Part shown: piece after piece, positions 60,568-64,000 of the stretch
Numbering within the stretch: the first letter of the stretch is position 1
Layout: every line of letters starts with the position of its first letter
From: Longimicrobiales bacterium
Lineage (GTDB): Bacteria; Gemmatimonadota; Gemmatimonadetes; Longimicrobiales; Gaopeijiaceae
NCBI GenBank assembly: GCA_965198065.1
Contig: CBDAON010000004.1
Coordinates: forward strand, 768,001-832,000
DNA length: 64,000 nt
Direction: 5' to 3'
Notes under the pieces: generated by a model
What the model was told of the DNA's origin: nothing
Databases searched by the model: none
The model's input: only the letters and a program-made list of their open reading frames with translations
Position numbers and translations under genes: made by a program

Positions 60568-61824
60568 ATGCACGTGAACACCATCTATCTCGATCACGCG
60601 GCGACGACCCCCCTCCGGCCTGAGGTGGTGGAGGCGATGGCTCCGTTTGCCCGGGGTCTCGTCGGGAATCCGTCCGCCGTGCATCGCTGGGGCCGGGCGG
60701 CGCGGAGCGCCATCGAGAATGCGCGTGAGCGATCGGCCACGGCCCTCGGCGTGCGCCCCGACGAGGTCCGGTTCGTGCACGGCGGCACGGAGTCCGTGAA
60801 CCTGGCGGTTCAGGGGCGCTACGGATGGCTGAGGGAGCGAGGCGAGACGGGCACCGTCTTCCTCCGCTCCGCGCTCGAGCACTCCGCCGTGCGCGAGTCG
60901 ATGGACTCGCTCGAGGCGTGGGGAGCCAGGGTCGAGCATTTCTCAGTGGACGTCACGGGAAGGGCGGACCTTCCCTCCCGGCACGAGCTCACCCACCGGG
61001 AGGTCGCCCTCGTGTCCTGCCAGTGGGTGAACCCGGAAACCGGGATCGTCCTCCCCGTGCCGGAGCTCGCAGACGAGTGCGAGGCCGCGGGTGTGCCGCT
61101 CCACGTGGACGCTGTCCAGGCGGTGGGACGCCTCCCCCTCCAGCTCGAGGCCCTTCCGACTCCACTCCTGAGCCTTTCGGGCCACAAGCTTGGGGGGCCG
61201 AAGGGGACGGGCGTACTCGTCGTGCGCGGCGTCGAGCTTCGCCCGGTGCTCTTTGGGGGCGGCCAGGAGGGAGGGCTCCGACCGGGGACGGAGGACGTGG
61301 CCGGCGCCGTCGGGGTCGCGTGCGCGATCGAGCTCTCGGTGGAGCGCAGGCAGGAAGAGGCCCGGAGGGTCGCCGCCCTCCGCGATCGACTCGAGGCCGG
61401 GCTCCTCGCCTCCGTCCCCGGAGCTCGGGTGCACGGCGGTGCCGCCCCAAGGGCCCCCCACGTGCTCGGCCTGGGGATCCCGGGCCTCCCTCGCGACGTG
61501 CTCCCCGGCGCGCTCGACCTGGAGGGGATCGGGGCCTCCGCGGGCTCCGCCTGCGTGAGCGGGAGCACCGCGGTGAGCCCAACCCTCAGGGCGCTCTATG
61601 GCGACGACGCTGTGGGTTACGCGCCGCTCAGGCTCTCGCTCGGCTGGACGACGACGGAGGACGAGATCTTGGACGCGGTGCGGAGGATTCCGCCCGTCGT
61701 GGCGAGGATCCGGGACCACGGGGCTGGCTCGCCGTCCGCCGTTCACGAGGGTGTGAGCCGGGCCGCGGAGTCCGCGCCCCTCGGAGCGGGAGCGAGATCG
61801 TGGGCGCCCGGGAAGAGATGGTGA
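60568..61824 (+). CDS. Cysteine desulfurase (group I, IscS/NifS-like)
   Basis: YLDHAATTP, GNPS, GGTES.N, HVDAVQ, SGHKLGGPKG, GGGQE.G.RPGT, SAGSAC. Confidence 0.93.
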   Translation: MHVNTIYLDHAATTPLRPEVVEAMAPFARGLVGNPSAVHRWGRAARSAIENARERSATALGVRPDEVRFVHGGTESVNLAVQGRYGWLRERGETGTVFLRSALEHSAVRESMDSLEAWGARVEHFSVDVTGRADLPSRHELTHREVALVSCQWVNPETGIVLPVPELADECEAAGVPLHVDAVQAVGRLPLQLEALPTPLLSLSGHKLGGPKGTGVLVVRGVELRPVLFGGGQEGGLRPGTEDVAGAVGVACAIELSVERRQEEARRVAALRDRLEAGLLASVPGARVHGGAAPRAPHVLGLGIPGLPRDVLPGALDLEGIGASAGSACVSGSTAVSPTLRALYGDDAVGYAPLRLSLGWTTTEDEILDAVRRIPPVVARIRDHGAGSPSAVHEGVSRAAESAPLGAGARSWAPGKRW

Positions 61825-62999
61825 GCGTCCAGAAGAAGAGGGTCCTCGTCGCGATGTCCGGCGGCGTGGACTCGTCCGTGGCGGCCGCCCTCCTCGTCGA
61901 GGAGGGGCACGAGGTCGTGGGCGCCACCATGAAGACCTTTTGTTACAGGGAGCAGCCAGGCCCGTCCCGGGCGTGCTGCGGGCTCGACGGCATCCTGGAT
62001 GCTCGCCGTGTGGCCGACCAGCTCGGGATTCCGCACTACGTCTTCGATGTCGAGGAGGAGTTCACCCGGGACGTCGTGGACGATTTCGTCACTGAGTACG
62101 CCCGGGGAAGGACACCTAACCCGTGTGTGCGCTGCAACTCGCACACCAAGTTCCGGGACCTTCTTCGAAGAGGGGGGGCGCTCGGCTGCGCGGGAATCGC
62201 GACCGGGCACTACGTGCGGGTGCGGCCCGAGGACGGGGAGGCCAGGATCCTTCGCGGGCGAGACGCCGAGAAGGACCAGTCGTACTTCCTCTGGGGCCTC
62301 CCTCCCTCCCTCCTCCCCCATCTGCACTTCCCGGTGGGCGAGTTGACCAAGGGGGAGGTCCGGGCGCGAGCCCGGAGTCTGGGGCTCGCAACGGCCGACA
62401 AACCGGAGTCGCAGGAAATCTGCTTCGTGGCCGACGGGGACTACCGGAGCTTCCTCGAGCGACGTCTGCCCGAGCTCCACCCCTCCCTTCGCACAGGGAA
62501 CATCGTCCGCACGGACGGGAGCGTCGTCGGCGAGCACGCGGGGTACGCGGCTTTCACGGTCGGCCAGCGGAAGGGGCTCGGCGGTGGGTTCCGGCGGCCC
62601 CACTTCGTTCTCGAGATCCACCCCGAGACGCGCGAGGTCGTCGTGGGACCCAGGGAAGAGCTGGACCGGACGGAGATTTGGGTGGGCGACGTGAGCTGGC
62701 TCACCGGGGACCCGCCCCGAGAGGGGGACGAGATCGACGTCCAGGTTCGGCACCGGGCAAGGGGTGTCGCCGCTCGGGTCGCCGAGGTGGGTGAACACGT
62801 TCTTCTTCGGCTTCGGGAACCGCAGCGCGCGGTGACGCCCGGCCAGTCCGCAGCCATCTTCCGGGGCGAGCGACTGCTCGGAGGCGGCCGCATCGCGCGG
62901 GCCCCGGTCCCCGCTGGAGTCGCCGGCACCGACGGAGGGAGTCGAGCGGACGGGAGCATGGCCGTCGACTCGACCGGATCCCCCGCCCGACCTCAGTAA
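61818..62999 (+). CDS. mnmA: tRNA 2-thiouridine(34) synthase
   Basis: VAMSGGVDSS, GRTPNPCVRCN, ATGHY, KDQSYFL, KPESQEICF, TVGQRKGLG, AVTPGQ. Confidence 0.97.
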   Translation: MVSVQKKRVLVAMSGGVDSSVAAALLVEEGHEVVGATMKTFCYREQPGPSRACCGLDGILDARRVADQLGIPHYVFDVEEEFTRDVVDDFVTEYARGRTPNPCVRCNSHTKFRDLLRRGGALGCAGIATGHYVRVRPEDGEARILRGRDAEKDQSYFLWGLPPSLLPHLHFPVGELTKGEVRARARSLGLATADKPESQEICFVADGDYRSFLERRLPELHPSLRTGNIVRTDGSVVGEHAGYAAFTVGQRKGLGGGFRRPHFVLEIHPETREVVVGPREELDRTEIWVGDVSWLTGDPPREGDEIDVQVRHRARGVAARVAEVGEHVLLRLREPQRAVTPGQSAAIFRGERLLGGGRIARAPVPAGVAGTDGGSRADGSMAVDSTGSPARPQ

Positions 63000-64000
63000 C
63001 GAAGGCCGGCCAGGTCCGCGAACTCCCGGACCCGCTCCTTCACCCCCTCCGGGATCGACTCGGGAGTCTCGACCTTCACTTCCACGAACTGGTCTCCTCG
63101 GCGCCCCTTCGACTCGACCCCCTGCCCGCGGATCCGAAACCGTGTGCCACTCTGCGTGCCTGGCGGGATCCTGAGCACGACGCGGAGGCCGTCCACAGTG
63201 CGCACCCTGACCTTCGATCCCAGGATCGCCTGCGCCACGTTGATGGGAACGGTTACGTGGATGTCGGCTCCCTCGCGCCGGAAGAAGCGGTGAGGGCTCA
63301 CCTGGAAGGTGAGGATCAGGTCCCCCGGCGGGCCCCCGGCCACTCCCCGCTCCCCCTGCCCGGAGAGACGGAGCTTGGACCCGGTCTCGACCCCGCCTGG
63401 GACCGCCACCTGGACCTTCCGTGACTGACGCACGGATCCGGAGCCCCCGCAGGAGGGGCACGGCGACTCGGGGATCTTTCCGCGCCCCAGGCAGGCCGGG
63501 CACGGGCGGTTGACGGCGAATCCACCCTGCCCGAAAGAGACCGTGCCGGTCCCCCTGCACTCCGAGCATGCCTCGACCTTCATCCCAGGACGTGCCCCGG
63601 ATCCCGAGCACGTGGAGCACTCCTCTGTGACGGGCACGTTGATCGATATCTTTCCACCGTTCACGGCCGTCTCGAAGGAGAGCTCGACCGCGTACTCGAC
63701 GTCCGTGCCCCGCCTCGGCCCCTGCGGGCGGTCGCTCGCGAAACCCCGTCGCCCTCGGTCGAAGATGGAGCTGAAGATATCTCCCAGGCCGCCCAGGTTG
63801 TCAAACGAAAAGCTCGCGTTCCCGTCTCCGAAGCCGAACTCGTCGCGGCCGCCCTGCCCTCCGGCGCCCGCCCCGGGAGCCCGAAAACCGAACGCTCCCA
63901 GCTTCCTCATCTGGTCGTACCGCTTCTTCTTCTCCTCGTCCGAGAGCACCGCGTACGCTTCCCCGATCTCATTGAATCGCTCAGCGGCCCGAGGGTCCCC
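62993..64000 (-). CDS. dnaJ: Molecular chaperone DnaJ (N-terminus beyond the window)
   Basis: End of J domain (ERFNEIGEAYAVLSDEEK), G/F region with DIF, four CxxCxGxG repeats, C-terminal GDL and PPGTQSG. Confidence 0.93.
   Translation of the reverse strand, partial: GDPRAAERFNEIGEAYAVLSDEEKKKRYDQMRKLGAFGFRAPGAGAGGQGGRDEFGFGDGNASFSFDNLGGLGDIFSSIFDRGRRGFASDRPQGPRRGTDVEYAVELSFETAVNGGKISINVPVTEECSTCSGSGARPGMKVEACSECRGTGTVSFGQGGFAVNRPCPACLGRGKIPESPCPSCGGSGSVRQSRKVQVAVPGGVETGSKLRLSGQGERGVAGGPPGDLILTFQVSPHRFFRREGADIHVTVPINVAQAILGSKVRVRTVDGLRVVLRIPPGTQSGTRFRIRGQGVESKGRRGDQFVEVKVETPESIPEGVKERVREFADLAGLRY

Noticed and set aside
60825..61817. Long N-terminal extension on mnmA
   Set aside because: It is an alternate frame of the desulfurase gene; MnmA motifs begin at ATG 61818.
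1..64000. Many long antisense or alternate-frame ORFs (for example 2223-3461, 5282-6538, 55815-57800, 61743-63620)
   Set aside because: They shadow well-supported genes, lack recognisable motifs, and are expected where high GC makes stop codons rare.

Overview
A high-GC bacterial chromosomal segment, mostly core housekeeping genes. It is inferred to come from an FCB-group organism, most like Gemmatimonadota, because of the rplM-rpsI-rpsB-tsf fusion operon, a short RpoD-like sigma, a GlmU-like transferase and bshB1. In order it holds: the rimP-nusA-L7Ae-infB-DUF503-rbfA-truB operon, murA, gatCAB-pcrA-kinase-serS, a sugar-nucleotide cluster, the rplM-rpsI-rpsB-tsf-pyrH-frr-uppS-cdsA-dxr-rseP superoperon, sigma-lepB-NtrX-like-thpR, a cobalamin riboswitch-controlled uptake operon, a lower-GC PadR/RDD islet next to comM, a Wzi-like gene, pntAA-pntAB-pntB, a giant sensor kinase/helical protein/aromatic amino acid decarboxylase cluster, a MacA-like adaptor with two MacB-like permeases and bshB1, a HIRAN gene, cysteine desulfurase-mnmA and a partial dnaJ. 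The most interesting element is the B12 operon (35.4-39.6 kb): riboswitch, BtuB, a small DUF6580-like membrane protein and a signal-peptide-less, Cys-rich BtuF-like protein fused to a four-Cys domain, with no BtuCD. This may be a non-canonical cobalamin import and handling route. About a dozen frameshifts, mostly single-base and in homopolymers, fall only within about 34-53.5 kb and are most likely assembly errors. I saw no tRNA, rRNA, CRISPR array, transposase or integrase. All family calls come from motif recognition by eye, not from database searches.
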